Under the pieces are notes generated by a model that did not search any database, was not told the DNA's origin, and worked only from the letters and a program-made list of their open reading frames with translations. Below are positions 11,002 through 21,966 of a stretch of DNA of 64,000 bases, in pieces. How positions within the stretch are numbered: position 1 is the stretch's first letter; each line of letters starts with the position of its first letter. The translations under genes and the position numbers were made by a program. The stretch is from Schmidtea polychroa (Eukaryota): NCBI GenBank assembly GCA_044892525.1, contig CM097885.1, positions 32,428,001-32,492,000 on the forward strand, in the 5' to 3' direction.

Positions 11002-11625
11002 TTAGTTTTGTTTATAAATCGTAACACCGTTTATATTAAAAATATCAGTTCTAATACGCATATCATCTGGACATTGTTGTGTAAAATCAAAAAATAAATA
11101 TCCATGAGGAATTTTTGTCGCATCTTGGAATGAATCAATCAAAAATTTTCTATTATTTGGATAAGCTTGTCTTGCAAGAAAATCTATTATTGTTTGATCT
11201 CTAGGATTTTTGAAAATAATTAAATATTGGACATTTAAATTACGTGTTCTATGACTTCCACCTTGATGAAAAAGATTTTGTGTAATGAAAATAACTGTAA
11301 CTCCGCAATGTCTACTGATTTTTGTAAATAAATTATTAAAATCTTTTTCTTTATTTGCTTCCTGGTACAGATCATCGATAATAATAACATCACCTTGGCG
11401 TAATCTAGATGACCAATTTTTATCAAATCCTTTAATTATTGTCATTTTTAATTTACAGAAACTGTTTTGAGTCAATCCATGTTCTTCATCTGCACCTCGA
11501 TGCCAATATATTTTATTAAATTTAGATTTAAACATGTTTGATTGTAATAAATTACATACAAATAAAGTTTTCCCGCTTCCACTAGGTCCTACTATTTGAT
11601 ATACTGCGTCATTTCTTAATTCCAT
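11002..11625 (-). CDS. DNA packaging ATPase (FtsK/A32-like)
   Basis: Walker A GPSGSGKT, Walker B IIIDD, ISRH, FITQNLF and FKNPRD. Confidence 0.95.
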   Translation of the reverse strand: MELRNDAVYQIVGPSGSGKTLFVCNLLQSNMFKSKFNKIYWHRGADEEHGLTQNSFCKLKMTIIKGFDKNWSSRLRQGDVIIIDDLYQEANKEKDFNNLFTKISRHCGVTVIFITQNLFHQGGSHRTRNLNVQYLIIFKNPRDQTIIDFLARQAYPNNRKFLIDSFQDATKIPHGYLFFDFTQQCPDDMRIRTDIFNINGVTIYKQN

Positions 11626-11677
11626 TTTTTTTAATTAAATTATTTTATTTAATTTGTTTATAATTACAATAATTAGA

Positions 11678-12154
11678 ATGATCAGCAACATTAATTATAG
11701 AGGAAGATGTGTAGTTAATGGAATGAAGTTCCCATCAGGAAAACCTCAACATGTCGTGGACAGAAGTGGAAAATATCCAATTTTATTCTTCAAGAGCGGG
11801 AAATGTAGGATAATGGGATGTAAGAAACCATTACAGGAAGGCGATCTCAAATATCAGATTCAAGATTTACAAATCCAATCAATTACATTAACGCTAGATA
11901 TGGGTACATGCATTGATTTAAATGCATTGTCAAGGAAAACCGATAGTTACTACGAGCCTGAAATATTTCCAGCTTTACGTATTCTCAAGTATAACCCCCT
12001 ATGTGTAAATGTTTTTTCAAGTGGGAAAGTTGTTATATTAGGGATTAAAACATTTCATTATTTTAATCAAATTCAAGAAATTCAGAAATTCATTAAATCA
12101 TTAACTATAAATATCACAACAAATGAAGAAATATTGGAATATTTATTAAGTTAA
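11678..12154 (+). CDS. TATA-binding protein (TBP)-like protein
   Basis: Two-repeat pattern: LFFKSGKCRIMG and YEPEIFPAL...VNVFSSGKVVILG, compared with TBP YEPELFPGL...LIFVSGKVVLTG. Confidence 0.88.
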   Translation: MISNINYRGRCVVNGMKFPSGKPQHVVDRSGKYPILFFKSGKCRIMGCKKPLQEGDLKYQIQDLQIQSITLTLDMGTCIDLNALSRKTDSYYEPEIFPALRILKYNPLCVNVFSSGKVVILGIKTFHYFNQIQEIQKFIKSLTINITTNEEILEYLLS

Positions 12155-12217
12155 TTAAATTAATTTAATTAATTGTGTTTAAATTAACTGAATATCTACA
12201 ATAACAAAAATTCAAAA

Positions 12218-12565
12218 ATGGATGACGATAAGCAAGCTTACATATTCCAGACTATATTAACGAAGATGGAAGAATTGTTCCCGAATATAAAGAACAGACT
12301 TTCATATTGTGCTCCGGAATTATTAGCTTATAGAATCAAGCAATTAACGGGGATCAATATAGAAGAACTTATACGAAGACATTTCGAATCTGTACAAGAA
12401 TCAATATTTAAATGCATAGACGATTGTGAAGTATGTATGGATCCGATGAAATTACCATGTCCGTTTAGATGTAGATGCTGCCAAGAATATGAGATGAAAG
12501 AAGTTGTTCATATTTTACTAGCAGAATTAAGAAGAGCTTATTACAAGCAAATATTGGATGAATAA
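12218..12565 (+). CDS. Cys-rich hypothetical protein (CxFxCxCC...LRRxxY)
   Basis: Homologous to 15999-16409; same position downstream of the TBP-like gene. Confidence 0.8.
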   Translation: MDDDKQAYIFQTILTKMEELFPNIKNRLSYCAPELLAYRIKQLTGINIEELIRRHFESVQESIFKCIDDCEVCMDPMKLPCPFRCRCCQEYEMKEVVHILLAELRRAYYKQILDE

Positions 12566-12644
12566 ATTTTATATCTTTACATTTGTTAATTGTTTGTGTT
12601 TTATGTGTCTAGTTCATTTTTATGTATTTGGTCGATATATTATT

Positions 12645-12675
<31 letters not shown>

Positions 12676-12949
12676 TTATTCCATTAAAATTTTCATTTGA
12701 CTTTGAAAAATATTTCATTGAAATTATCTTAAAATTTTCCATCTAAAATTATCATTGAAAAATATTTCATAAAAATTTCCATTAAAAATTACTTAAAAAA
12801 ATTATTTCATAAAAATTTTCTATTAAAAATTACTTAAAAAAATATTCCATAAAAATTTTCATTAAAAAATAATTCATTAAAATTTCTATTAAAAAATTTC
12901 AATTCTTAAACACCTTCAACTTTTTGTAATTAAATTTTAAAATCTTACT

Positions 12950-13838
12950 TTAATTTACTTTAATTTACTTATTTAAAATTTTTTACCATTGATTACTTAA
13001 TTTAAAAATTTGGACCATTATTTACTGTAATTTAATTTTTTAGAACCTTAATTTACTTTAATTTAATTTTTAGAACCATAATTTACTTTAAATTTAATTT
13101 TTGGACCATTGTTTACTTTAATTCAATTTTTAGAACCATAATTTACTTTAAATTTAATTTTTGGACCATAATTTACTGTAATTCAAAAATTTTGGCCATA
13201 ATTTACTGTAATTTAATTTTTTAGAACCTAAATTTACTTTAATTTAATTTTTGGACCATTATTTACTGTAATTCAAAAATTTTGGCCATAATTTACTGTA
13301 ATTCAAAAATTTGAGCCATAATTTACTGTAATTGAAAATTTACCACGTTTTTTAGTGTAGATCAGCTTTTTCTCAGGTCCATCGAGACCCCCTCGCTATA
13401 GTGTGATAAATCCTTGGCTTTTTTAGTGTAGACCAGCTTTTTGTATTGAAAAAAATTTTATTTGTATTGAAAATCCCAGGACCATCGTTTTTGTATTGAA
13501 AAAATTTTATTTGTATTGAAAAATTTCCAGGACCATCGTTTTTGTATTGAAAAAATTTTATTTGTATTGAAAATCCCAGGACCATCGAGACCCCCTCGCT
13601 ATAGTGTGATAAATCCTTGGCTTTTTTAGTGTAGACCAGCTTTTTGTATTGAAAAAAAATTTTTGTATTGAAAATCCCAGGACCATCGAGACCCCCTCAC
13701 TATAGTGTGATAAAAAAAAATTTGGACTAAAAATCCCTGAAAGCAAAAAAATGAGTTGGGAACAATTGCGTAATAAAAATTTGGGAACAATGGGGGGGTA
13801 ACCCCCCCATTGTTCCCGTAAGCTACTAACTACCTACT
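12950..13838. repeat. Probable terminal (TIR) region of element 1: ~30-bp degenerate tandem repeats, longer nested repeats and a terminal hairpin
   Basis: CCATAATTTACTGTAATT units; GGACCATCGAGACCCCCTC-like units x3; perfect inverted repeat at 13783-13817. The partner TIR is outside the window. Confidence 0.7.
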
Positions 13839-14152
13839 ATAACTGTTTTCTAAATTCTCCAATCTTTGAGATATTCTTTTTCCTGGATGCTTTGACCATT
13901 TTGGTTTGTCAAGAATATATAAAATATCCATCAACTTGGCTGTATCGGACAAACACATATTGATTTATTAAAAGACTTCACTGTTATTGTTGTATTGTGT
14001 GAGCACACACTCGTTATAATAATTAGCAATATGAATATAGTTTTCATGGTGTATCAAATCAAAACCTTTCTTTTACATTTATAGTCTATCAACCAATCAA
14101 AATCATACGGTATTAGTATAAATAAAACATCATATTTTTAATTATTGTAAAA

Positions 14153-14673
14153 ATGTCTCGTTTTATGGAAAATCTTTTAAGCGAAGTTATCAACAAGAAG
14201 ATTATGGAAAGCCTCAGTTTCCTGGTCGATCGAACCGAAAAGATTATCGAAGGAAATCATATTGATTATGAAGATATGCTCAATTCCGATTGCATCGAAA
14301 CGAAAAAATTCTATTTTCATAGGATTTTTAACTGCCTATGTCACGATGAGATGAAGTGGACCCGAATACTAGTAGGGTTCGCTTATATGAAGATTATAAT
14401 CGAAAAAAGTTTATGGGACTCTGAACATTATTATCAGTGGTCTCAAGAAGTAATACTTTTATAATCTATATTTTATTAATATTTATTTTCTAGATAATCA
14501 AGTCAAAGTTTCAACCATGGATTGAAGCCAATGGCGGATGGGGCGTACTGAATCAACTCGCCAGAAATGCGAAGGAAATTGATGAACAGAAAATGAAATT
14601 TAAAAACTATATAAAACTTGCAACAGGTGCTGCTATTTTGTATGCTTTATCGCGATTTTTAAATAAAAATTAA
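14153..14673 (+). CDS. Bcl-2 family protein, 158 aa, join(14153..14449,14494..14673)
   Basis: BH1-like MKWTRILVGFAY; after a 44-nt intron, BH2 WIEANGGW; hydrophobic C-terminal tail LATGAAILYALSRFL. Confidence 0.85.
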
Positions 14674-14744
14674 TATAGTTATTTTGTTTGATTTTTTAAA
14701 TAAAATTTTAAATAAATTTACAAACACTAATTAACTAAAATTTA

Positions 14745-15118
14745 TTAATTAACACATTCGCAGTCATCATCTCCACATTTCATTATATTTTCAACGACAT
14801 GATCAATACAATCATTCGTAATATTATCTTTAGATTCATCTTTAGGTTCATCTATAGGTTCATCTATAGGTTCATAGATTTCCTCATCAATTTCTTGAGT
14901 ATCAGTTTCTTGAGTTTCTTCCTCATCGTCAAATCCTGTATCTTGACTCTCAACTATCCAGCCGATATTTAAGGCATTTGTAATAGATAATATGTCCTCA
15001 ATTTTCACACCAGCTATTTCTGCTAACTTTTCCAACAAAAAGTTGATTACAAATTCTAAATAATAAATAATTCGGTAATTAATTAATCATGTTAACCTTT
15101 TTCTGCATTCATTTTCAT
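14745..15118 (-). CDS. Acidic hypothetical protein, complement(join(14745..15055,15097..15118))
   Basis: A 41-nt GT-AG intron links an ATG exon in frame; D/E-rich centre with EPID repeats and a Cys-containing end. Confidence 0.6.
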
Positions 15119-15245
15119 CACTTTAAAACTATATTATAAGTTTGTTTATAGATTTTCTTTGTTAAATTTGCATGTCATTTGCATTTATGTTGCAATTAAT
15201 AAAGAGAAAAAACAAATATGACTAATACATTTATTAAATATAACA

Positions 15246-15656
15246 TTAAAATAATTGTGAAAGTCTAGCAGACATAATTTTCCAAATAGGAGAATATACA
15301 TCATTATTATCAACTTTATATCCCTGGATTGCAATTGTTATATACCAATTTTCATTTTCTTTGAAACTGATTTCATCAAAAGCATCATAAAATCTTGCAT
15401 ATCTATTGTTGAACCATGCATGTTGATTACACGATAGATTCGAATCTATCCGTTTAAAAACATCATCAATAATTTTGACATCAATCATTGAAAGCGTGCC
15501 GGATAAGAATTGAAATTTAGTTGGAATTAGCTTGACTGGTGCAACCAATTTCATATTGATTTCTTCTTTCAAAAAATACATTTTGTAGTTGTGGAACATT
15601 TGAACTGGTTGTACCATTTCTTTAGGTTTTTCGGTGCATGAAATTTTCTTGGTCAT
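15246..15656 (-). CDS. Conserved hypothetical protein (homolog of 2957-3390)
   Basis: Shares PxQxxxYxMYxL and IQGxK...PIWKI motifs. Confidence 0.8.
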   Translation of the reverse strand: MTKKISCTEKPKEMVQPVQMFHNYKMYFLKEEINMKLVAPVKLIPTKFQFLSGTLSMIDVKIIDDVFKRIDSNLSCNQHAWFNNRYARFYDAFDEISFKENENWYITIAIQGYKVDNNDVYSPIWKIMSARLSQLF

Positions 15657-15998
15657 AGTGAATAATGATGAAATTGAAATGTTACAGGGTTTTTATACCT
15701 TTGACTCATGCCTATCAACCAATCAGATTATAGCATGTCTTTGTTTAAATTTGCATGTCATTTGCATTAATGCTGCATTTATGTTCTATTAATGTGACAT
15801 ATTATTACTATTTCTATTATTATTTCTATTATTATTATTTCTATTATTATTATTACTATTTATATTATTTCTATTATTAATATTACTATTTATATTATTA
15901 TTACTATTATTATTTATATTATTACTATTATTATTACTATTATTATTACTATTTCAAATATAAAAACGCAAAAACGCTATAGAACAAAAATACATTTA

Positions 15999-16409
15999 TT
16001 AATATTTATCAACAATCCGGGAGTAGTGAAACCTTCTCAGAGTTTTCACTAACTTCCATTCGACATATCGCCGATATCGATCGGCACAACATGAACATCC
16101 GAACATACATTGATACTCCGGCTCCATTTCTTTCATGGTTCTATTAATCTTGATATCCCATAAAAATTGATGGAATACCTCCATGATTCTAATTTGAGTG
16201 GAATAGAAAATCAAATCCAAAATGATTTCTGGTTCTCTATCCTTGATGATTTCTGCAATTTGAGGATAATAATATTTTATCCTATTCAGCATTACTTCTA
16301 AATATTTTTCTAAAATAATAAATATAAAAAATGTCAAAATAAAAATTTTAAATTTACCATATTCGTCAATATCTTTCATTAAATTTGCTGCGCTTGGTAT
16401 TTTGTACAT
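15999..16409 (-). CDS. Cys-rich hypothetical protein; probable 48-nt intron 16310-16357
   Basis: CMFGCSCC...LRRFHYSRI matches CPFRCRCC...LRRAYYKQI of 12218-12565. Confidence 0.8.
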   Translation of the reverse strand: MYKIPSAANLMKDIDEYGKFKIFILTFFIFIILEKYLEVMLNRIKYYYPQIAEIIKDREPEIILDLIFYSTQIRIMEVFHQFLWDIKINRTMKEMEPEYQCMFGCSCCADRYRRYVEWKLVKTLRRFHYSRIVDKY

Positions 16410-16483
16410 GTTGTTGAATAAATGAATCCTAAACCAAAAACTGTTTGTTTAAATCAACCAATAACCAATTAGAAATTAACCAA

Positions 16484-16921
16484 TTAGAAATCGACCAATG
16501 AAATTATCTCATTTCGAACATTGTCAACAAATTCTCTATACTCCAAATTTCTCAACCCCAGCATGACAACCTTTCCACTAGCAAACACATTGATACATAT
16601 AGGGTTATATTTTAATAGACCTAGTGCCGGAAACAATTCCGGTTCAAACATACAATCACATTTTCTCGACATGTTTTATAGATTGATACTATGTCCCATA
16701 TCCATAGTAACGGTAATTGATTGGATTTTAATATTATTTATTCGATATTGTAATTTATTAATATCCAAAGGTGTCTTACATCCCATGATTCTGCATTTAC
16801 CAGTCTTGAAAAATATTATCGGATATTTCCCGCTTCTATCGATAATTTGCTGGGGTTTCCTTGGTGGGAACCTCATATTCGATACATCAAAATTTCCTCG
16901 ATAATTTATATTTGCTAACAT
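16484..16921 (-). pseudogene. TBP-like protein, frameshift near 16675
   Basis: IFFKTGKCRIMG in one ORF and FEPELFPAL...NVFASGKVVMLG in the next; ortholog of 11678-12154. Confidence 0.85.
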
Positions 16922-17024
16922 TATTAAATCATTTATGAAAATTAGTCTTTATATACAAATTGAGCACGAGTTCATTAAATCATCGAATATAAACAAATAC
17001 ACATATATTTATAAAATTTTTGAA

Positions 17025-17646
17025 ATGGAATTAAGAAATGATGCAGTATACCAAATCGTTGGTCCGAGTGGTAGTGGAAAAACATTATTTGTTTGTAAAT
17101 TACTAAAATCAAATTTATTCAAATCAAAATTCAACAGGATTTATTGGCATAGGGGTGCTGATGAAGAACATGGATTAACTCAATCAAGTTTCTGTAAATT
17201 AAAAAACATGAAAATAGTAAAGGAATTCGATAAAAACTGGTACAGCCGATTAAAGAAAGGTGATGTCATTATTATCGATGATTTGTATCAAGAAGCTAAT
17301 AAAGAAAAAGATTTAAATAATTTATTTACAAAGATCAGCAGACATGTCGGTGTAACAGTTATTTTCATAACATCTATTTCATCAAGGTGGGGCACATCGA
17401 ACACGTAATTTAAATGTACAATATTTAGTTATTTTCAAGAATCCTAGAGATGCAACAGTGATTGATTTTCTTGCACGTCAAGCATACCCTAACAATCGTA
17501 ATTTTCTTATCAGTGCATTTCAAGACGCTACAAAAATACCTCATGGATATATATTTCTCGATTTCACGCAACAATGTCCCGATGATTTACGAGTAAAAAC
17601 AGATATTTTCAACCCAAAAGGTGCCATGGTTTATAAACAAAGTTGA
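17025..17646 (+). pseudogene. DNA packaging ATPase, frameshift near 17370
   Basis: GPSGSGKT and IIIDD; very similar to 11002-11625. Confidence 0.93.
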
Positions 17647-17664
17647 AAACCTCTATGAATAATA

Positions 17665-18179
17665 ATGTTTCTAAAAGCAAGGGTGAAAAATATTAGGAAA
17701 TTAAGAAAAAGTATTAGAAAGAGTATTAAAGTTCCAAAAGTTCCACCATCTAAAAAACTTGTAACTGAAAATTTCTCTGCAATGAATCTTATTTCGAAAA
17801 ATCCTAAACCTAAACGTAAAACCCGTAAAACCCGTGAAACCAGTAAAAAAGTAGTTAAAAATCATCGCAGTTTTCCATTTTTAATGCATTGTTAAAGGCC
17901 CCGAGTATGAAAAGAATGAACATATTGCAATCATTCCCAAATTTCGTTGTCGATGATTTACTCAATATTATACTTAAAGTAGTCAAAGGCAAAATTAAAA
18001 TCAGTTAATCAAAAAAGCATTTATTGAGCAAACATAGGAAACCATTGTTATCTTTAGTAAATAATAAAAATCGTAACCAAATGAGGAAAATTATATATAA
18101 ACAACAAGGTGGATTTATTGGTGCATTGATACCTCTGGCATTATCATTATTAGGTGGAGTTGTAGGAAATCAATCATAA
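17665..18179 (+). pseudogene. Basic core protein with pX-like C-terminus (frameshift ~17880, stop ~18006)
   Basis: Lys/Arg-rich N-terminus, then LQSFPNFVVDDLL and QQGG|FIGALIPLALSLLGG. Confidence 0.72.
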
Positions 18180-18182
18180 ACA

Positions 18183-18410
18183 ATGGGTGCTAATCCTTCA
18201 TTGCCCGACATTAAATTTAATTTTAAATCTTCTTGTTGTAATGGAGAAGATTTGGACGAACCCAGAAGACGAAGCCGGTTTCGGTGGAGTGACAAAATTA
18301 AAGAAAAGAGTTCCGAATTCGAAAAAAGAAACCCAGAAGTGGTTATCAGATCAGCTTGCGTACAGTTTGAACAAACCAATGCGGAAAAGATTTCCAACAA
18401 GAGCGTATAA
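18183..18410 (+). CDS. Small putatively myristoylated protein overlapping the integrase 5' end
   Basis: MGANPS start and a CC motif; homolog of 10211-10474. Confidence 0.6.
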   Translation: MGANPSLPDIKFNFKSSCCNGEDLDEPRRRSRFRWSDKIKEKSSEFEKRNPEVVIRSACVQFEQTNAEKISNKSV

Positions 18411-18628
18411 AACATTTGGTATTGACGATTTATGGCAAATGGATTTGATGGAGATGATACCGTATTCGAAAATTAACAATGGGAATAAATATATTTTAAC
18501 ATGTATTAATGTATACAGCAGGTTTGCACGAGCAATACCAGTCAAGGCAAAATCTGCAGAAGAAATGTCCAAGTTAATTAATATTTTATTTAAAAATGGA
18601 CATCCTAATAACTTGCAAACAGATTTAG

Positions 18629-18714
<86 letters not shown>

Positions 18715-19348
18715 TTTAGGTAAAGAATTCTACAATAGCAAAGTTAAGCAAATCCTCGATAAACTGAAAATAAATCACTACTCGGTACATTCTCAATACA
18801 AAGCTGCCCATGTTGAAAGATTTAATCGAACATTGAGAGATAGATTAAAGAAATTGTTCGTGCATCAAGGTAATAAAAAATGGGTAAATGCTTTACCGAA
18901 AATAATAACTAGTTATAATCATTCATCACATCGAGGACTGAATGGATTGAGACCGGTTGATATTACATCAAAAACATCATTGACTTCTAAGAAATCTGTA
19001 AAAATTGCAAAACCTAAATATAAAGTCGGTGACCATGTTAGAATTAGTAAAATTAGTGCATCACCATTTATTAAAAATTTTGATACAAATTGGAGTGATG
19101 AAGTCTTTGTAATTTCAAAAATAAATACTAAACAGAATCCTGTAATGTATGTCATCAAAGACAATGATAATAATATTGTACAAGGGAAATTTTATGAGCA
19201 GGAATTACAAGTCATTCCTCCCCCAAAAGTATTTAGAATTCAAAAAATATTGAAAACTAAAAAGGTCGGTAAGGATAAACAATACTATGTCAAATGGTAT
19301 GGTTATCAAAACCAGTCATGGATATCAGCAAAAGACCTAGTAAAGTGA
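18241..19348 (+). CDS. RVE integrase with chromodomain, join(18241..18628,18720..19348)
   Basis: Splicing a 91-nt (ATT)n intron restores QTDLGKEFYN in frame; WQMDL, VERFNRTL and YYVKWYGY present. Confidence 0.93.
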
Positions 19349-20361
19349 ATTTTTATACTATTTTACCGAGCAATAGATGCCCATTAATTCATCCAGACAA
19401 TCAAGCCAGTAAATTTATGGTCAATCTCCAGAATCCGATTTCTTTAAATGGTGACTGGGAAGTTGCACTGCAAGATTTTACATTCGTGTACAACACATTC
19501 CCATTTTATAGTCAATGTAAGATTGATTTCAAAAGGAATATTGTGAAAACATGTAGCGGTATCTTTGTTATCAGTAATTATGATAAAACATATCATATTC
19601 CGAATCAAATATTAGATTCGCATTGCTATATGTTTTACAATGATGGAATAAATATCAGTTGTGATTTTAAACCATTTACAATAACATTCGAAACTATTGA
19701 AGATGCCAAACGAATCGGTTGCAATAAGTTGAAAAATATTATTACGGAAACCGAGTATTTATTACGTTTTAATCTATTTGAAGCAAACAGTATAGTGAAA
19801 GAAGAAATCAAAATATCTGTGTCGTATAATAATGAAGTTGAAGAATCATTTACCTTTGCTGATGAATTATATTTTGATAAACTTGATGATTTACTTAAAT
19901 ATTTAAAGTTCGATTGTTCACCCATATTTAAAAATTTGGAAATTGTGAAAGATTTGATGTTTACCTTCAGTTTGAATGAGGATATTTGCGAAGTTACATT
20001 TGATAAAAATTTGGCAAAGTCACTTGGATTAGATAAGCAAAAATATCGAGAAAAATCGACTGGTATACGCAAACCAAGAATACTAGAACATCATCAACAA
20101 ATGTTCATATATACTAACATTATCGAACCCATAATTGTTGGTGATTCCAGTGTTCCTCTTTTGAAATCGGTATGGATTGGAAAATATGAACATGATGAAG
20201 TTGTCAATATAAATATCGATAATCCCATGTATTTACCAATAGCAAGTTCATGTATAAACATTATAGAAATAAATATTCGTGATGATAGTGGAAAACTTAT
20301 AAACTTTCCAAAAGGTTCAAAAACTCATTTGACATTACATTTTCGTAAAATAAATGGCTAA
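19294..20361 (+). CDS. Minor capsid (penton-like) protein; start uncertain
   Basis: FYTILPSN, DWEVAL, IYTNIIEPIIVGD and LHFRK. Confidence 0.85.
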   Translation: MVWLSKPVMDISKRPSKVNFYTILPSNRCPLIHPDNQASKFMVNLQNPISLNGDWEVALQDFTFVYNTFPFYSQCKIDFKRNIVKTCSGIFVISNYDKTYHIPNQILDSHCYMFYNDGINISCDFKPFTITFETIEDAKRIGCNKLKNIITETEYLLRFNLFEANSIVKEEIKISVSYNNEVEESFTFADELYFDKLDDLLKYLKFDCSPIFKNLEIVKDLMFTFSLNEDICEVTFDKNLAKSLGLDKQKYREKSTGIRKPRILEHHQQMFIYTNIIEPIIVGDSSVPLLKSVWIGKYEHDEVVNINIDNPMYLPIASSCINIIEINIRDDSGKLINFPKGSKTHLTLHFRKING

Positions 20362-20722
20362 TTCTGATATTATTAGTATGTATAATGGTAGCCAATCTGG
20401 CGGTGAATTACCATATTTTATTGGTAAACAGTACGGATCAGGATGGTTGAGAACAATTGGTAGATTTGCATTGCCTATTCTTAAACGTATTGGTAGTTTT
20501 GGTATGAAAACTGCAAAAGATGTTATTATGAATGAACAGAAAATATTACCATCTCTAAAATCAAATGCTTTAGCAGAATTAGGGAAAGTTTTACCTTGGG
20601 TTGCAGGTATGTTTCAAAAACCTCCAGCTCCAGCTCCAGCTCATGCTCCAAAACGTAAAAGACATGGAATATCACGTATAAACAAACGAATGAAAGGACA
20701 TGGAACTATATTTGCAAAATGA
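20354..20722 (+). CDS. pVI-like core/membrane-active protein
   Basis: QSGG, QYGSG|WLRTIGRFALPILKRIG; ortholog of 6816-7214. Confidence 0.75.
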   Translation: MANSDIISMYNGSQSGGELPYFIGKQYGSGWLRTIGRFALPILKRIGSFGMKTAKDVIMNEQKILPSLKSNALAELGKVLPWVAGMFQKPPAPAPAHAPKRKRHGISRINKRMKGHGTIFAK

Positions 20723-21939
20723 TTTGTGGTAAATCTGAATTATGTATATTTGATAGACCGTCACCCCAGGCTGTAATAGAATTTGGGGCATTTGAGGAAG
20801 TTTTTCCTATGAATTCAATTACCGATAGTAGAAATGATATCGAGTTTTATATTAATGGTTCGCAAACCGAATATTTAGATTTGAACGATACTTTATTGAC
20901 TGTTCAGATTAAGGTTGTAGATAAAGATAGAAAAGTTTTGGATGCCAATGCAGATGTAATACCGAACAATTTCCTGTTTCATACTCTTTTTAAAGATGCA
21001 GTGTTGGGATTTAATAATATCAAGATTGAGGGCGGAAATAATACATTCATTCACAAGGCATTAATAGAAACTATTTTAAATTACAATTCTGATACTAAAA
21101 ATACATGTCTTACTCCTATGGGTTATGGTAGTGATGATGAAAGAAAAAAGTGGGTAAAAGGCTCAAAGGTTTTCACCATGTGCTCATCATTACAACTTGA
21201 TTTTATGGATCAACCGAAATATTTACTACCGGGAGTTAATGTACATATTAGACTGAAAAGGTCTGATTCTGCATTATCTCTTACTAGTGCAACTACTACA
21301 CCAATATGTCAATTAGTTGATGCAAAATTATTGGTAGAAGAGTACGAGTAGACCCCTCAGTATTAGCAGGTCATCAATTGGGTCTTAATTCAAAACATGT
21401 AATTTATCCATTAAAAACAAAGGAAATTGTACAATTTGCTATTGCTAAAGGTGCTTCATCATTCTATAAAGAACAAATATTTGGTGACAGAAGAATGCCT
21501 AATTTTATTCTGATAACATTTCAAAGTGAAGCACAATATAATGGATCATATACTGCGTCCAGCTCAATTTTCCAAAAACTTTAATGTTACATCATTGACT
21601 TTGTCGAAAAATACTGATAATAGAGAAACATATATTCAAGATTTCGAGAATGACAATTACTGTGCGACATATATGCAGAGTATTGTTAGAAATCTGGGTT
21701 ATTTAGATAAAAATTTGAATTGCGGAATAACTCTAGAAGATTTTAAAAGCAAATACCCATTTTTTACATTTGTTTTAGCCCCTGATTTTGATTTAAATCA
21801 AAGTCAATTACCTCAAAATGGAAATTTACGACTGGATATAAAGTTTGCAAAAGCTATTACTGAAACAGTACATGTTATAATATATGGAGTATTTGAAAAT
21901 GAAGTTCAAATTACTGCAAATAGAACAGTGTTGGTATAA
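20719..21939 (+). pseudogene. Major capsid protein with two frameshifts (~21340, ~21575)
   Basis: Three consecutive ORF pieces collinear with the element 1 capsid. Confidence 0.85.
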
Positions 21940-21966
21940 ATGTATACAGAAACACAAAATGTTGTC

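Larger units (their letters stand above)
1..13838 (-). mobile_element. Polinton/Maverick-like element 1 (left part runs off the window)
   Basis: Contains pPolB, adenain, major and minor capsid, integrase and ATPase genes. Ends in a repeat-rich block finishing ...CTACTAACTACCTACT (AGTAG... on -). The exact end could be 13838 or 13844. Confidence 0.92.

Noticed and set aside
13373..13746. Two similar short ORFs
   Set aside because: Products of the terminal nested repeats; no coding evidence.
18629..18723. Poly-Ile tail on the integrase (also poly-Ile and YI ORFs at 23661, 41157, 45987, 62790)
   Set aside because: Translations of (ATT)n or (TA)n microsatellites, mostly inside introns.
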